The notes beneath the pieces are model-generated. The model worked only from the letters and a program-made list of their open reading frames with translations, did not search any database and was not told where the DNA came from. Shown here piece after piece: positions 1 to 13,460 of a stretch of DNA of 64,000 nt (position 1 is its first letter; every line of letters starts with the position of its first letter). The DNA is from Eledone cirrhosa (lineage: Eukaryota), in assembly GCA_964016885.1 (NCBI GenBank), contig OZ024746.1:58032001-58096000 (forward strand). The letters run 5' to 3'. Position numbers and translations under genes: made by a program.

Positions 1-696
1 AGCCCTCTGCCGCTCTTATCGAATCTCGTTTATCGTGAACTCGTGCGCCGATTTTTCGATACTCGATCTTTCTAATATATTTAGCTCTGGACATAGCTAT
101 CCACCAGTTAATTTTATTGCTCATTTTTTGTCGATTCTATTGAGTGATGAATAGCTTTTGTTTTATTTTAACATGTCTATTGAGCACTCTAATTCGATAT
201 GTGTATTTCCACATTCACTCGAATTGTTTTCGCGGATATAGGGGTCATCTCCCTTGTCTAATGCCATGTGCGTTTTTCACTGGTAGTTGGCTCCTCTGCC
301 GCCAGGAAAAAACTCGTTGAGAAAGTAAACCTCCGTTCCGCTTACTCTAGTAGGCTTTTATATTTATATGTGAGCTGATAGAGTACAGTCTAAGGATTTA
401 CAGAAACCCATGAAGCTAGATTTAACACCTGTCTAGTGGGTCCGGGTATGATTTTACATTCATTTAAATTATTGACGTATTGTTTTATTGATATTTTTTA
501 TCTGTTTGTCCCGAATCTTCCTCTATCGATTTTAAATCGTATGGTTGATTGTAGACTTGTTCTATATGTGACGGTATTTTAACGATAGTTATAGCTCTGA
601 TTCATCTGAATTATTGAGCCCTCTGCCGCTCTTATCGAATCTCGTTTATCGTGAACTCGTGCGCCGATTTTTCGATACTCGATCTTTCTAATATAT
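1..696. repeat. Direct repeat with 616-bp period (1-80 recurs at 617-696), ending in (TA)n; probably the end of a tandem non-coding retroelement unit
   Basis: agccctctgccgctcttatcgaatctcg...tctaatatat occurs at 1 and at 617; the left side is cut by the window edge. Confidence 0.75.
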
Positions 697-1055
697 ATAT
701 ATAAATATAAAATACATGCAGTACAGGAGGAAATTAACGTATTAATTACTTGGATTCAAATACTAAAACAATGTATTCAATGTTTCTTTGTAGACTTTAT
801 TTATATATATATTATCATTCATGGATTTATTCTTCTATTTCGTTTGTAGTATTTGTTCGTATAAAACTATACTGAAACTAGTATGAGATGTACATTTTGG
901 CCAAGTCTATTTATCTAACTCTAATACTCAATACTTCGTTTACAATTAGATCCTCATAGGATCGGTTGGGATCTCTGTTATAAAGTATTTATATTACATG
1001 TATTTTCAGAGTGTATAGAGAAAAGACATTCACAAGACGTTTAAAAATGATATTA

Positions 1056-1123
<68 letters not shown>

Positions 1124-1210
1124 AATAATATATATATATATATATATATATATGAACTCGTCGATAATTGCTGGCCTTGTGCCAAATGTAGAAACAATTA
1201 TATATATATG

Positions 1211-1289
<79 letters not shown>

Positions 1290-2469
1290 AACAAGGGGAG
1301 AAGAATACTGCGTGGTTGCACATGGATTACATATTATAAAATTAATCCCTCATTAGTGATTTGCCAACCATCATTGGTATTTCATCGCATTAAAAATCAG
1401 ATGTCTCAGGTTGGTGCGAGCAATAAATAAAATAAGCTATTGGGACAAGTGAAACGCGTAAAGCGAGTAAGACAAGTAAACAACAAGAAAGTAAAGCAAA
1501 CCGAAGGTTGGAAAAACAGCAAGCAACATGATGTTTATCCGATCAGCATAAGCTGGGTGAATTTCATGAGCGGTCAGAGAAGCAGACCGTACGCCGTGAA
1601 TGATATATATAGTATAAAAGAGAAAACACAGGTAAGCATTAAGAGAAGGATTTTATCCAGGTATTTACGACCGTTTCATTGGTAAGTGCAACCTTATATT
1701 GCTATACTGCAAATAGCAGCCACTCAATTATAATTGTTGTTCACAGTCCAAATTTTCAAAAGAATGAGTAAGTTGCTCTTGAAATAATTCTTAATATATA
1801 GAGAAAAACATTTATTTGGAATTGTATTTACTAGTATAGAGAGAGAGGAATTAGAAGGTGAGGTGACAAACGGAATAGTATAGAGAGGGAGGAAGGGGGA
1901 AGGGGTAGGAAGTAGAGTGACAAACTGAGATGGAGGGAGGGGTAGAGGTGGAAGGATTCATTGGTCAGTTTTGATAGCAGACTTCATGTCGTGGAATGTA
2001 GTGAGTTAAAGAGAATTAAATTGATCATAGTGGGAGGGATGGATAGAGAGGGAGAGAGAGAGGGGGAGATATAAAGAGATAAATATATATATATATATAT
2101 ATATAACGAATAAAGATAAAGATAATAATGACAAATATAAAAGCAAAGAAGGGGGTGAGAAAGAAGAAAAGAAAAGATAGCCATGAAGGGAGGGAAGGAA
2201 GGAAGAAAACGAAGAAATAGAAGGGGAATGAGGGAGAAGTGGTGGATATATGTATTGGTTTTGTGGGTAATTAAAAGGGTTTAGATACAACAAGAGGGTA
2301 TAAAGTCTAAGTATATGCAGTTTGTCAGTTGGTAGTAAGAAGTTAAGGGTTCGATTTGTAGTGCGAAAACTTCTCTTTGAGTCTATGGTTACAATAAATT
2401 GATATTTCGATTTTATTGTTGAGTAACTTATTCTTCGAACTCAAGATGTAGAACAGCTCAAGGTCGCAT

Positions 2470-2730
2470 AATCGACAGCTTCTCATACCACTCTTTCACA
2501 AATAAAAAACTAAGACATTCCACTTCGGTCGCGGACTACATCACATCACTAAAGGACTTAAACATCAGCTTCCCTACGCACTGGGATATTGTCGGCAGCG
2601 CTGCACCGTACAACTTAAAGAGGAAATGCGGTATTTGCCTCATGGAGCTCTACCACATCATAACTGCACCCCACGAGCTCATCAACATCAGAGCTGAAAC
2701 AGCGATATGTTGTACGCATCGCTTTAAAAT
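2470..2730 (+). pseudogene. Penelope-like element GIY-YIG endonuclease C-terminal fragment
   Basis: Translates HSFTNKKLRHSTSVADYITSLKDLNISFPTHWDIVGSAAPYNLKRKCGICLMELYHIITAPHELINIRAETAICCTH, matching the PLE pattern W..PY..CxxC..E..N.R.E...C.H. Confidence 0.75.
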
Positions 2731-3369
2731 ATCCTTCTTCATATGGGTTAAGGATGTAAGGATGAGGAGTGAAACCGTACACTGGATCTCCCTGCAACAA
2801 GTCGTAACACCCCGGCGGGCAGGCGCTGCAAAATAACACCCAGGAAACTATCCTTGCATACAAGACCCAGCCTCAAACGACTCAGAAAAAACAGATGCGG
2901 CATAGAAAACACTCAAAATAAGCGTTGATTACATGCGTATCGACAATGGTAAGGTCGTAACCTCATCTCGTAGCGGATATAAAATTTGTCCGGGAAAGAC
3001 TGCCCTAACACCGGCCAGAGTTACCTCCCTTGACCTGCTGCAAAATCAAAACAAGCTATTTTTGCGTGGATTTAACCCCAAAAACACTTTCCGAGCAATG
3101 TAAGGAACACTTTTGATTATTTATGCCCTTGAATAAGCGAAACGTACGTAGGTGCTCTTTTAAATAAACATGTTTTAACGGTCTATTCTCCGATTTCTTA
3201 CTTTCCCACGTGCTTACGTTCTGCTAACTCTCTAGCCCACTAAATATTAACACTTCGTATATTTAATAATGCCGGCACTAGAATCGAGCACCTTTGGCAT
3301 ACGCTACTTGGCAAATAACTATATGTATCACCTCTCCACCCTATTTTTCTCTCTCTCGATACGTAAATA

Positions 3370-3420
<51 letters not shown>

Positions 3421-3422
<2 letters not shown>

Positions 3423-3879
3423 AAAGTTCTATTTAAAATTGTTGGGATACAACAAGTAAATATTTTTATAACTGATATAAAGCATTCGGCAAGTATTTGG
3501 AGTAGATATACGATATTAATAAATGGAAACTATATTTATAAAACCATATTTATTTCATTATACATATTTCAGGGATACCAAATTAAATTATGGTATGCCT
3601 TCATCAGACAAAATACAATATATAACAGTTTTACAAATAAGCTTTGACGTACCCTTTTAAAATGCAACCATTATTTTTGGAAGCCATCTCGATGGCTATC
3701 CAGATGGCTTCCAAAAATAATGGTTGCATTTTAAAAGGGTACGTCAAAGCTTATTTGTAAAACTGTTATATATTGTATTTTGTCTGATGAAGGCATACCA
3801 TAATTTAATTTGGTATCCCTGAAATATGTATAATGAAATAAATATGGTTTTATAAATATAGTTTCCATTTATTAATATC

Positions 3880-3885
<6 letters not shown>
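3421..3885. mobile_element. PLE-type fold-back element: 184-bp inverted arms (3506-3689 / 3702-3885), 12-nt spacer, one-sided tail, flanked by (TA)n
   Basis: The arms are reverse complements by eye and each contains a hammerhead; a related copy lies at 52011-52240. Confidence 0.85.
3768..3846 (+). ncRNA. Minimal type I hammerhead ribozyme (mirror copy on the minus strand at about 3545-3623)
   Basis: tattttgt-CTGATGA-aggcatacca[taatttaatt]tggtatccct-GAAA-tatgta-TA^atgaaata: core, stem II and stem I pairing are present. Confidence 0.75.
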
Positions 3886-3917
<32 letters not shown>

Positions 3918-4159
3918 CTATATATATATATATATATATTTGTTTGTGTGTGTGAGTATCAATCTCAATCTCTCCGTATACAGCTGTATGTAAACGCACA
4001 CTCAAGCACACACAGACACAGACAGACACGCACGCACCCACATACATACATACATACATATTTATACATATACGCATACGTATATAGTTGTTGTTTTCTA
4101 TATAAACTTGTGGTTCCTATATCTAATATTTCCTTTAGTGCAAAGTTGACATTATTTTT

Positions 4160-4500
4160 TGCAGTTACGGCCCTTGCTATTCTGAGTTCAAATCCCGCCG
4201 AGGTTAACTTTGCCTTTCATCCTTACGGGGTCGATAAAATAAAGTAGCAGTAATGCACTGGGTTATTGCTGGCCTTGTGCCAAAAGTAGAAACAATTATT
4301 TTTTGCAGGTGGATTGGCAGAATCGGTAGAGGGTCGGACGCCAGGCTTTGACGCATAGAGTTACGGCCCTTGCCATTCTGAGTTCAAATCCCGCCGAGGT
4401 TCAAATCCCGCCTTTCATCCTTACGGGGTCGATAAAAATAAAGTACCAGTAATGTACTGGTTGATTGCTGGCCTTGTGCCAATAGTAGAAACAATTATTT
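4160..4500 (+). mobile_element. Two tandem tRNA-derived SINE copies (5'-truncated 4160-4300; full 4308-4500)
   Basis: A-box-like tggcagaatcgg, B-box gagttcaaatccc, central domain gcctttcatccttacggggtcgataaaataaagtaccag, tail gctggccttgtgccaaaagtagaaacaatta. Confidence 0.85.
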
Positions 4501-4724
4501 TTTGATGTATCATCTTCATTCTGTATGAAGTTTTGTTTCGTTTCTTTCATTTTCATCTTTCCATTTCCTCTAAAAGAGTTCTATTTTGGTTGTATTTTCC
4601 TGTGTGAAGTTGAATCAGTGTTTATTCTGAAAAAATGTTTGTTTCCCTTTAATATCACACAATACATCAACATAAACGCACATGCTTACGCGCGAGCAAA
4701 TATGCGTAGGTGTGTGTTTCTATA

Positions 4725-4798
<74 letters not shown>

Positions 4799-5022
4799 AA
4801 TGTGTATTTATGTATATACACACATTCCTTTATATATATATATAGGAATGTGTGTGCGTGTATATATATATATATACATTGTTGGTGCAGGTGCATGTTG
4901 ACATGTGTAATGAGGAAGGGCATAGATGTGGTACAATAAAAGTGACAGTCAGTATCAATCAATCTGATGGCATTCTCTCTCACTATCTCTCTCTCTCAAT
5001 CTCTTTCTCTCTCTACCAGTCT

Positions 5023-5086
<64 letters not shown>

Positions 5087-6000
5087 TCATCTACGTCAAC
5101 AATACCACAATTGCTCACGACCTCCCACAAACACCATCCGTACCACAATCACTACCAGCAACGCAACCTCCACCGGCACCATAGTTACGACAGCCACAAC
5201 CACTAGCGCCGCCATTTCTTAACATTTTATATGCTGGTCAAGACGTTAGATACTTGACAACGTGTCAAAACGAATTAATATCAGATCAAATCGGAATAAC
5301 AATTGGAAGAATACCGCCATGTTCACTTGAACAGTTAGTTCCCACCGAGTGATGATTACCTTTGCAGAAAACTTTACTACATAAACCGCCCCCCAAACAA
5401 AAATACTAAAACATGAAGTACATTAGAACAGCATACAGAATTATTTCCGTTTTGTCATGTTTCTATTTCAAACATTTAGTTGTTTTTCTTTGTGTGTGTG
5501 TGTGTCGTTTATCTTCATTTGTTTCCATGTTTATTTTTGAGTTTTTTTTTTCTCCTTTCTCAACATTTTTTGTTTCGGAAGATTCTTTGAGAATGCATGA
5601 GAAAACTAGCACGCAGATTCTCCTGGGTATATTGGTGGTGATGCGTGGGCATGGTTGAAGATTGGCAGCTAAATACTAGCATCATGCTGTGAAGAATTCG
5701 TGGCATGCTTACGTAACGTCAAATAAGGCATGTTTCACGGCACTGAGATATGTGATCGTAATACTTAAAAACAACTAACGTACATTACAACATTACATTA
5801 CATCTATTTTAACAATTTCTTCATCAAATTCCGATCACACGCTCAGGTGCTTGCAAGTTACATTCCGCCATTTTATTTAAAGGACATAAAGGGGTGGTTT
5901 TACATTAATTGGATAGATTTTCTTGATAGTTTTTATAGTCGAGGCTCACATATTTATACATACACTGAGGTACAAAAGCAACCTGATACATAAGCATATG

Positions 6001-6009
6001 GATAGATTA

Positions 6010-6091
<82 letters not shown>
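6001..6091. repeat. (GATA)n microsatellite, Tx1 target
   Basis: Direct read. Confidence 0.95.
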
Positions 6092-6093
<2 letters not shown>

Positions 6094-6651
6094 ATTTCTT
6101 TATTAGCCACAAGGGCACAAAAGAAGGGAACAAATACAAATGGGGAGTTTACATATAGGTATATGAAAATAAAACTATTAATAAAATAACAAATAACAAT
6201 TGAAATCCCCAATAGGGGGGATGCGTTACACCGAGGTTGTACACACCCCGAAAAAAATGTACAACCCTCATCTCCAGGAGCACCAAGAGTGGTTACTCCC
6301 TTCCTCTCTTCCTCTTTTTTCTGAACCTACAGGCTTATATTGAGAGAAGGCCCAACCACTCGGGCCATCTTTTCCACATTCACCCACCTTTTATATTATT
6401 TACTGGGGTACAGCACCTCTCTCTCCATCCTGATTCTTCTTCCAAAATGATATTTGAAAAAACTAATCAGTTGTTCGCCGGAGAGAAGATGTCTGATCTC
6501 AGCCCTTTTAACCTCGTCCACCATATAACCTCTTTCACCATGGCCATAACACATAGGTAAAGCGCCTCTCCCTCGTTTTTAAAGGAGGGTGGCAGTTTGA
6601 TCATGACAATGGACTCGGTGGTCAACTGGATTGGTCCCACCCGCGACAATA
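6092..6651 (-). mobile_element. Tx1-clade non-LTR retrotransposon, 5'-truncated 3' fragment
   Basis: ORF2 C-terminal peptide SRVGPIQLTTESIVMIKLPPSFKNEGEA..KEVIWWTRLKG; 3' end ...gtggctaataaagaaa abuts (TATC)n. Confidence 0.85.
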
Positions 6652-6880
6652 GATAGATAGATATATTTCTTTATTTACCATAAAGGCATAAAAAGAAGGG
6701 ACAAATACAAAGGGGGAGTTTACATACAATCTAGTAAAAAGGGTATAAAATGAAAATAATCGAAAATAACCTCAAAAGGGAGGGGACGTGATGGGGGTTG
6801 CACACACCCCCGAAAAAGTGTGCAATCCTTTGCCCGGGGAGCACATGGGGAAGGTGCTCCCCACTCGTTTACTTCTTTAC

Positions 6881-9800
6881 CTACAGGATGGTATACAGAG
6901 AAGGCCCATTTACACGAGCCATTCTCGCCACTATCACCCACCTTTTATAAAACTGCCTGTGGCCAAGCACCTCTCTCTCCATTCTTATCCTTCTTCCGAA
7001 GTGATATCGGAAGAAGTAGACCAGACTATGGCCAGAGAGGAAGTTGCCTGACCTTTCAATCGTGTCCACCAAACAACCTCTTTCAACATGGCTATTACGC
7101 ACAGAAAAACCGCCTTTGCTTCCTTTGTGAAGAGGGGAGGCGGTTTGATTGTCATCACGGACTCGGCGGTCAATTGAATCGGCGCCACCCGCGACAGCAG
7201 TCGTTCGGCGTAGCCCCACAGATCAGCCACGTCCGGACATTGCACCAATGCGTGCGCAACGGTTTCTTCGTGACGCCCGTGTCTGTAGAGCCTCTCTCGA
7301 ACGGGTAGAGCCCCTCGGTAGCACTGCCAGGCCAGTGACTTCTGGAAGTTGTCCATTGGTCCTGGGCCGAAAGTCCTACCGAACAGGCTGGCCAGTTCGT
7401 CCCTTTCCATGTCCAGCGACTCTCCAAGGGTGTCATCGCCCCTGCTAGCCACCAGCCCTCTATAGAATGATGAGGTGGATTCTCCACCGATGGCCTGGCC
7501 CGCTTGCCAGAGAGTCCTGAGCGCCTGAGCACACTCAGTGTGCCAGTCTTCCAGTTTTCCGGATCTTTGCTTGACCCAGGACTGTAGCTCGGTGAGTGAG
7601 ACGAGTCTCGGAAAGGCTCGTTTCACGAACAGAGCCCACACCGGTTGACCAGTGAGGAATACCTGTAGGTGTCGTAGCCTTAATTCGTGCCTACGCATCA
7701 TCAACCACGGCATCCCCAGCCCTCCTTTCGAAGTTTGTTAGCAGCAGATGGATCTTCTCACCATAGGAGGGCGCTTCTTCCAAAGAAATTGGAAGAGCAT
7801 GCGTTCCATGGTGGTGAGTGTTTCCTTAGGGCAAGGCACGACAGTCAGGCGGTAGTAAGTGACGGACGCTATGTAAATGTTCGCCACCTCCGCCCGGCCT
7901 TTTAGGGACAGCTTACACTTGGCCCATTTCTGGGTTAGTGCAAACACCTTGTTCGTAACCTCGCTCCAGTCAGTTCTTTTCCACCTGGAGGTCCGGTCCA
8001 AACCAGACCCCAAGCAACTTTACTGGGCCCTCCGTCCAGTGTCAGACGACACCGTCGGGAGGCATCGGTCCATGTTCCGAGTTGCAGCCCGATGGATTTT
8101 TCCCGGTTCAGTTTCGCTCCTGACAACCTTTCGTAATCCTCCAGTAAGGTACCGATCGCCTCGATCTCCGAGTCGGTCGATAACATTATTGTTACGTCAT
8201 GGGCGTAGGCCGACACCGCTTTGCTCAATCCTGGTTCCAGGGGGATACCCTGCAACAACTCCAACTTCCTCAGTAAAGGCTCGAGAGTCAATACGTACAG
8301 AAGGGAGGAGAGAGGGCACCCCTGTCGAATGGATCGTGTGATTTCGAACGGCTTTGAAAGGTAGCCGTTCACCTTGATCCTAGAACAGATGTGGTTGCTA
8401 TGTAAGGCAGTGATCCAGCCTCTGAAAACAGGACCGAACCCAGCCGCCGCTAGCACCGCATCCAGGTAACCATGGTCGACCCTATCGAAGGCCTTATACT
8501 GATCCAAGTTGATCAGGGCCCCACCGAAGCCGGGTTTGTTGCCAACCCTCTCTATGATGTATCGCATGAGGTGGAGGTTATTGTGAATGGACCTGGATAG
8601 GATAGCACATGTCTGCGCATTTCCCACCAGGCCACCCACGACAAGCGCCAACCTCTTTGCTAACACCTTGGCCAAAATCTTTAACTCTGTGTTTAGCAGG
8701 GTTATGGGCCGAAAATTATTTATACTATCTCCCTTGTTCTCGTCCTTCCTCACCAGCGTGACTACGCCCTTGGCTACAGAACAAGGAATTCTCCCGTTCT
8801 GCTGCCAATTGCAGTAGACCGCTTCGAGGAGTTCGGAGAAGAAGACCGGCATTGCTAAATAAAGTTCGTAAGGTATACCATCGAGACCTGGAGATTTGCG
8901 TCTGCTGCATTGGCTCAGCACATCTCCGATCTCATCAGCCGAGATTGGTCCCTCGCAGGACTCTGCCTCTTCGCTCGAGAGACGCGGCAGGCCGTCGAGG
9001 TATGGACCGAAATCCACGTCCCCGCCCGGACCCTCGCCTCCCCCGAATAATCGGGCAAAGTGCCTTTGAAAGGCCTCGCACATCTGCTTAGGCTCCCGGA
9101 TCACCCGTCCATCTTCGTCTTGCAACGACCGGATGCTGGATCGATTTCCACTCTTAGCTTCTGTCACGCGGGCCCAGCAAACGGCTTTGGCACCCTCATT
9201 ACCTAGAGCACGTATTTTACTTCGAATGACGCAGCCTTCGGGCTTTGCATCGAAAAACTGGTTCAAGGCCGTCCTCGATGCCAGCACTCTGGCCACATCT
9301 TCGCTCTTGATTGCCTCTTCTAATTTACCTGTTAATTCTTTCTCGTTTCTATTCCTATCGGCAGCTAACATCTTGCTATAACTCATTGATTCTGTTTTAA
9401 TCTCTCTTTTGAGAGATGCCCACCATCGGTTATTGACGATTGCACCCGTCAACCTCTCCTTAACTAATCTGCTAATCCGGTTTCTGTAAGTCTCTTTTGC
9501 CGGTAAAGACAAATTAAGTTTCCAGTAAGCGGGACCCTGTTTATGTGTTTTCTCGAGATTGACTACGCAGGTCACTAATTTGCGATCCGTGTAGCCAACG
9601 GTGCGCATTTCTGGACAGCTTAATATGTCCCTATCCTTACTTCTAACTAAGAATCTATCTAAGTACGATCTAGATTGACCACTGTGGTTTCTCCAAGTCC
9701 AGGTAGGCACAGTTGGAAAATCTAGTCGATATCTATCGACCAAGTTCAAACGGTCGAGTAACCCCTTGAGGCTGTTACACCCCCTCTATTAGGACATGCT

Positions 9801-10261
9801 CCTTCATAGTCCCAACGTGCATCTAGGATGTCATTCCAATCCCCCGCTAGAAGCAGTGAACGCGACGTTCCCAGAAAAGTCTCTAAACGCTGGAAGAAGT
9901 AGGGCCGTTCAGCTCCGAAAGGGGAGTAGACGGCGACCAGTCTTAAGGCCGCACGTTCACTACTGCCAACGTCTAGCACCAACAAACGACCCTCCGGGTC
10001 CGAGTGCACAACCTGTACGACAAGACCCAAGTGTTTTTGCAGCAGTACGACAACCCCACCCCCACATCCAGGTTGACAGAGAGATGCATGTACCTCAAAG
10101 TCATCGAAGGTAGGGGCCAGCTGCCGCACGACGCTGATCCGAGTCTCACAGATAACCATTACATTTATACCACATGAGCTGAGGTCATTTAGAAGCTTTG
10201 CTTGCTTCCAAGTTGAGCCCAGGCCACGTGCATTCAAACATCCTACTCTTAACACATCCAT
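6881..10261 (-). pseudogene. Tx1 ORF2 (APE endonuclease + reverse transcriptase), frameshifted
   Basis: LNARGL, GDWN, SYLDRFL, SPGLDGIP, NFRPITLLN, KAFDRVDH, RQGCPLS and YAHD (degenerate YADD), split over ORFs 9746-10261, 7935-9749, 7738-8013, 6985-7713 and 6881-7219. Confidence 0.92.
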
Positions 10262-10294
10262 GTGGGCGGCAGAGCCAAAGGAGAGTGTAGAGAC

Positions 10295-12219
10295 CTACCT
10301 TTCCGCTTCCCGGGGTTCGGGTCGCACGACTTCCATGGGGTCGGGGGTGTTGGGTGAAGGGGTGTCTTGTGGTGGTGTGGGGTCGTCAGTGTGTGGTGGG
10401 GTTGGGGTGTTTGTAGTTGGGGAGGGGGGAGGGGGAAAGCGTTTTAGTAGGACGCGGTTTATGGGTTTGACAGAGGGTGGTCCTACGTCCTCCTTAAAAT
10501 CCTTTTTTAGTTTTTGGTAGAGGTTCATTGGGATCTTTATTAATTTAAAATGTGGGTAGTTTTCTGAAGAAACAAAGTTTACACCTTCGGTTTGTACCGA
10601 AGGATTATTGTATATGAGTTCATTTAATTTATTATTGTTTCTGTTGATGTAAGTATAGTGTAATGTCTTTTTTTCGGATGGTGTCAGTGTTTCGAAGAGG
10701 GGAGGGGCAGGTTTGGTTTTGTTTGTTGCTGGAGGGGTGTTTTCTGTTTTGTTGGATTGTGTTGAGATTTGGGTGGGGGTTGTTTGGCCTTGTGTGTTTT
10801 GCACATGTTTTCTCTTTTTCCTTTTAATCTGTCTGAAGGACTCCGTTTCTTCCTCTGAATTCGTTGGGTTATCTTCAGTGTTGGAGGGAAGAGGTATGTT
10901 TGCTAATGTTTCCGTGTTGGTTTTCTTTGTGGAGGAGATGGATGTCACTATGTTAGACTGTGTTGTGTGTTGTGTCTGCGGTGGTTGTGTTGTTTTATTG
11001 AGTGAGGGGTTGGGTGGGCCTGTATTTTGTTTTGAGGTAATGTGTTGTGACTGTTTGTGTTGTGGTGGTGGTGTAGTTTTACTGAGGGACGGGTTGGGTG
11101 GGACTGAGTTTTGTTGTTTGTTTATCTGTTGTGGTCGTGGTGGTGGAGCTGGTGTTGGTAGCAGGGTTTTCTTTTTGTTGAGTTGGGGACAAGCGGCCTT
11201 CAGGTGCCCTCTGCCTGCACAGATATGACAGGACGGCCTTCTCCCCTCCACGCTAATGTTTATATACCCGTGGCCCTCTAATAGGATTCTGTCGGGTATT
11301 TGGGCGATGCGTTCAGGCTTCATTTGCACTACCAGCTCTATACCTGTTCCACTGAACGCATTGCCTGTGGTTTTCCCAATGGAAATCCCGTTGTCATTCA
11401 CTGGATCGATGAAGCCAGCTATGAGCCAGCAGTAGTCCACATCTGGCATCATTGCATCCAGCCATATGCGTTGAGTTCTTTTACCCATATAAGATGGATA
11501 AAAGGTAAAGTTTTTCGAACAAATCGGTGACAAATCACATTTAGTTGCCGCCGATTCGTTCTTCATAATAATTGCTAGGCTTCCATACAGTCTGTCTTTT
11601 CTTATGAAAGTGGTTTCATTAAGTACTTCTGTGAGTACTGTTTTGATATCTGCCTAAGTTGGCTGTTCAGGTTTTTTTGAAGTGTTGTTGATGGTGCGGA
11701 ACACGACCGTTCGACTTTCAATGTCTTTGGTGAGTTCTTGAGGCATTTTTACTGATAAAATACCATTCTCTCCTTCACTTATGTATTGTTTGGCGTCTGT
11801 GATTCTTCGTGCCACATCTGAAATATTTTCAGGTATATATGTCAAAGATTTCTTTGTTTTTTGTGCAAATGAAATCTTGTTGACTCTGTCGTCTGCTTTG
11901 CTTTCTGTTATGGTGTTATTTTCAAATGTTATTTTTGTGTTTGTTGTGTCTTTGTTTGTGGTATTAGTATTGTCATGCAATTTTTCAAATTTTTTTTTTC
12001 GTTGTTGGAATCCATGTCCAGATTTGTGTTTTCGTCATTTTTCTCCGCAGATTTCTCTGTTTTTATTTTATTTTTTCCTTCCTTCTCTATGACGTTAGTT
12101 GGGAATGAAGGGGGGACTAAAGCGTGCGAGCTTACAAGTCTTACCGCTGTCCCCCCACCACTATTTTCGTTCGCTTCGTTTAACATTTCTGTCAGACGAT
12201 TGAAATTTTTTTGCCACAA
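10295..12219 (-). pseudogene. Tx1 ORF1 (gag-like, zinc knuckle, Pro/Thr-rich tail), interrupted
   Basis: VEGRRPSCHICAGRGHLKAAC CCHC motif; homologous to the 38167-38856 ORF; N-terminus is broken into 11654-11980 and 11929-12219. Confidence 0.8.
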
Positions 12220-12424
12220 AATTTTTTAAAACAGGTTTTTCACCTCTAGGAGGGGTAAAGATGAGCTGACCCACCGCCTGACACTTCAGACGGGGGGTCA
12301 AGCTACACAATAGTATCAAAATTAAATTTGAACTCACAAAATTTCCGCAATAAATTTGAACAAAACTTCTGCGCGAAGTGAATTACATCCACACTGTAGA
12401 ACAGACGACAGCTAGATTAAGACA

Positions 12425-12425
<1 letters not shown>

Positions 12426-12520
<95 letters not shown>
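12426..12520. repeat. (GATA)n microsatellite between Tx1 copies
   Basis: Direct read. Confidence 0.95.
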
Positions 12521-12523
<3 letters not shown>

Positions 12524-13447
12524 TGTTTCTTTATTAGTCACAGGGGAACAAAAGATGGGGACAAATACAAACGGGGAAGTTTACATAAAATAAAAACGTG
12601 TAAAATACTATCACAAATGCAATTTAAAAATTAATCGATTTTCCCCAATAGGGGCGACATTTCATATGGTTAACACATGCCCCCGAAAAAATGTGCAACC
12701 CTCATCTCCAGGAATACGAAGAGTTTGTACCACTTTCCTCTCTTCCTCTTTTTCCTCAACCTACAGGCTGATATAGAGAGAAGGCCTATCACTCAGGCCA
12801 TTCTCGCCACTTTCACCCACATTTCATAAGACATGCTGTAGTACAGCATCTCTCTCTCCATCCTGATTCTTCTTCCAAAGTGGTATTTTAACCTCATCCA
12901 CCATACAACCTCTTTCGCCATAGCTATCACACAAAGGAAAACCGCCTCTCCTTCGTTTTTGAAGGAGGGTGGCGGTTTGATATTGACAATGGTCTCGGTG
13001 GTCAACCGGATTGGTCCCACCCGCGATAATAATCGTTCTACATAGCCCCACAGGTCGGTAACGTCCGGGCAGTGTATGAATGCGTACGCGACAGTTTCTT
13101 CGTCTCGTAGGCATCTCGGACAGATCTTTTTCGAAGGGTCCCTGCACGGGCGCCCATGTCTGTAGAGCTTGTCTCGAACTGGTAGAGCTCCTCGGTAGCA
13201 CTGCCAGGCCAGTGACTTTTGGAAGGTGTCCATCGGTCCGGGGAAGAAGGTCCTACCGAACAGACTGGTCAGTTCGTCTTCCTCTACGCCTAGAGTTTCA
13301 CCGAGCGTGTCGTTGCACTTGCTGCGGCTCAACCCTCTATAGAATGACGAAGTGGAGTCTTCACTGATTGCCTGCCAGAGGGCTGTGAGCTCCTGAGCAC
13401 ATTCGATGTGCCAGTCACCCATTTTCCTCGGTCTTTGCTTGACCCAG
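12521..13447 (-). mobile_element. Tx1 3' fragment
   Basis: ORF 12793-13422 FQKSLAWQCYRGALPVRDKL..CPRC..HAFIHCP-like zinc motif; GATA at both ends. Confidence 0.88.
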
Positions 13448-13460
13448 ATAGATAGATAGA

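Larger units (their letters stand above)
6665..12425 (-). mobile_element. Near full-length Tx1/L1-clade LINE (5'UTR, ORF1, ORF2 EN-RT, 3'UTR), mutated
   Basis: ORF1 with CCHC knuckle, APE endonuclease, RT and C-terminal Cys/His domain in the expected order; GATA repeats on both flanks. Confidence 0.92.

Noticed and set aside
4308-4400. tRNA genes (also at 19510, 48980 and 62861)
   Set aside because: A and B boxes are present but there is no intact cloverleaf, and each continues into a SINE body
6665-12425. Active, intact Tx1 element
   Set aside because: Frameshifts and stops in both ORFs, and the catalytic YADD is mutated to YAHD
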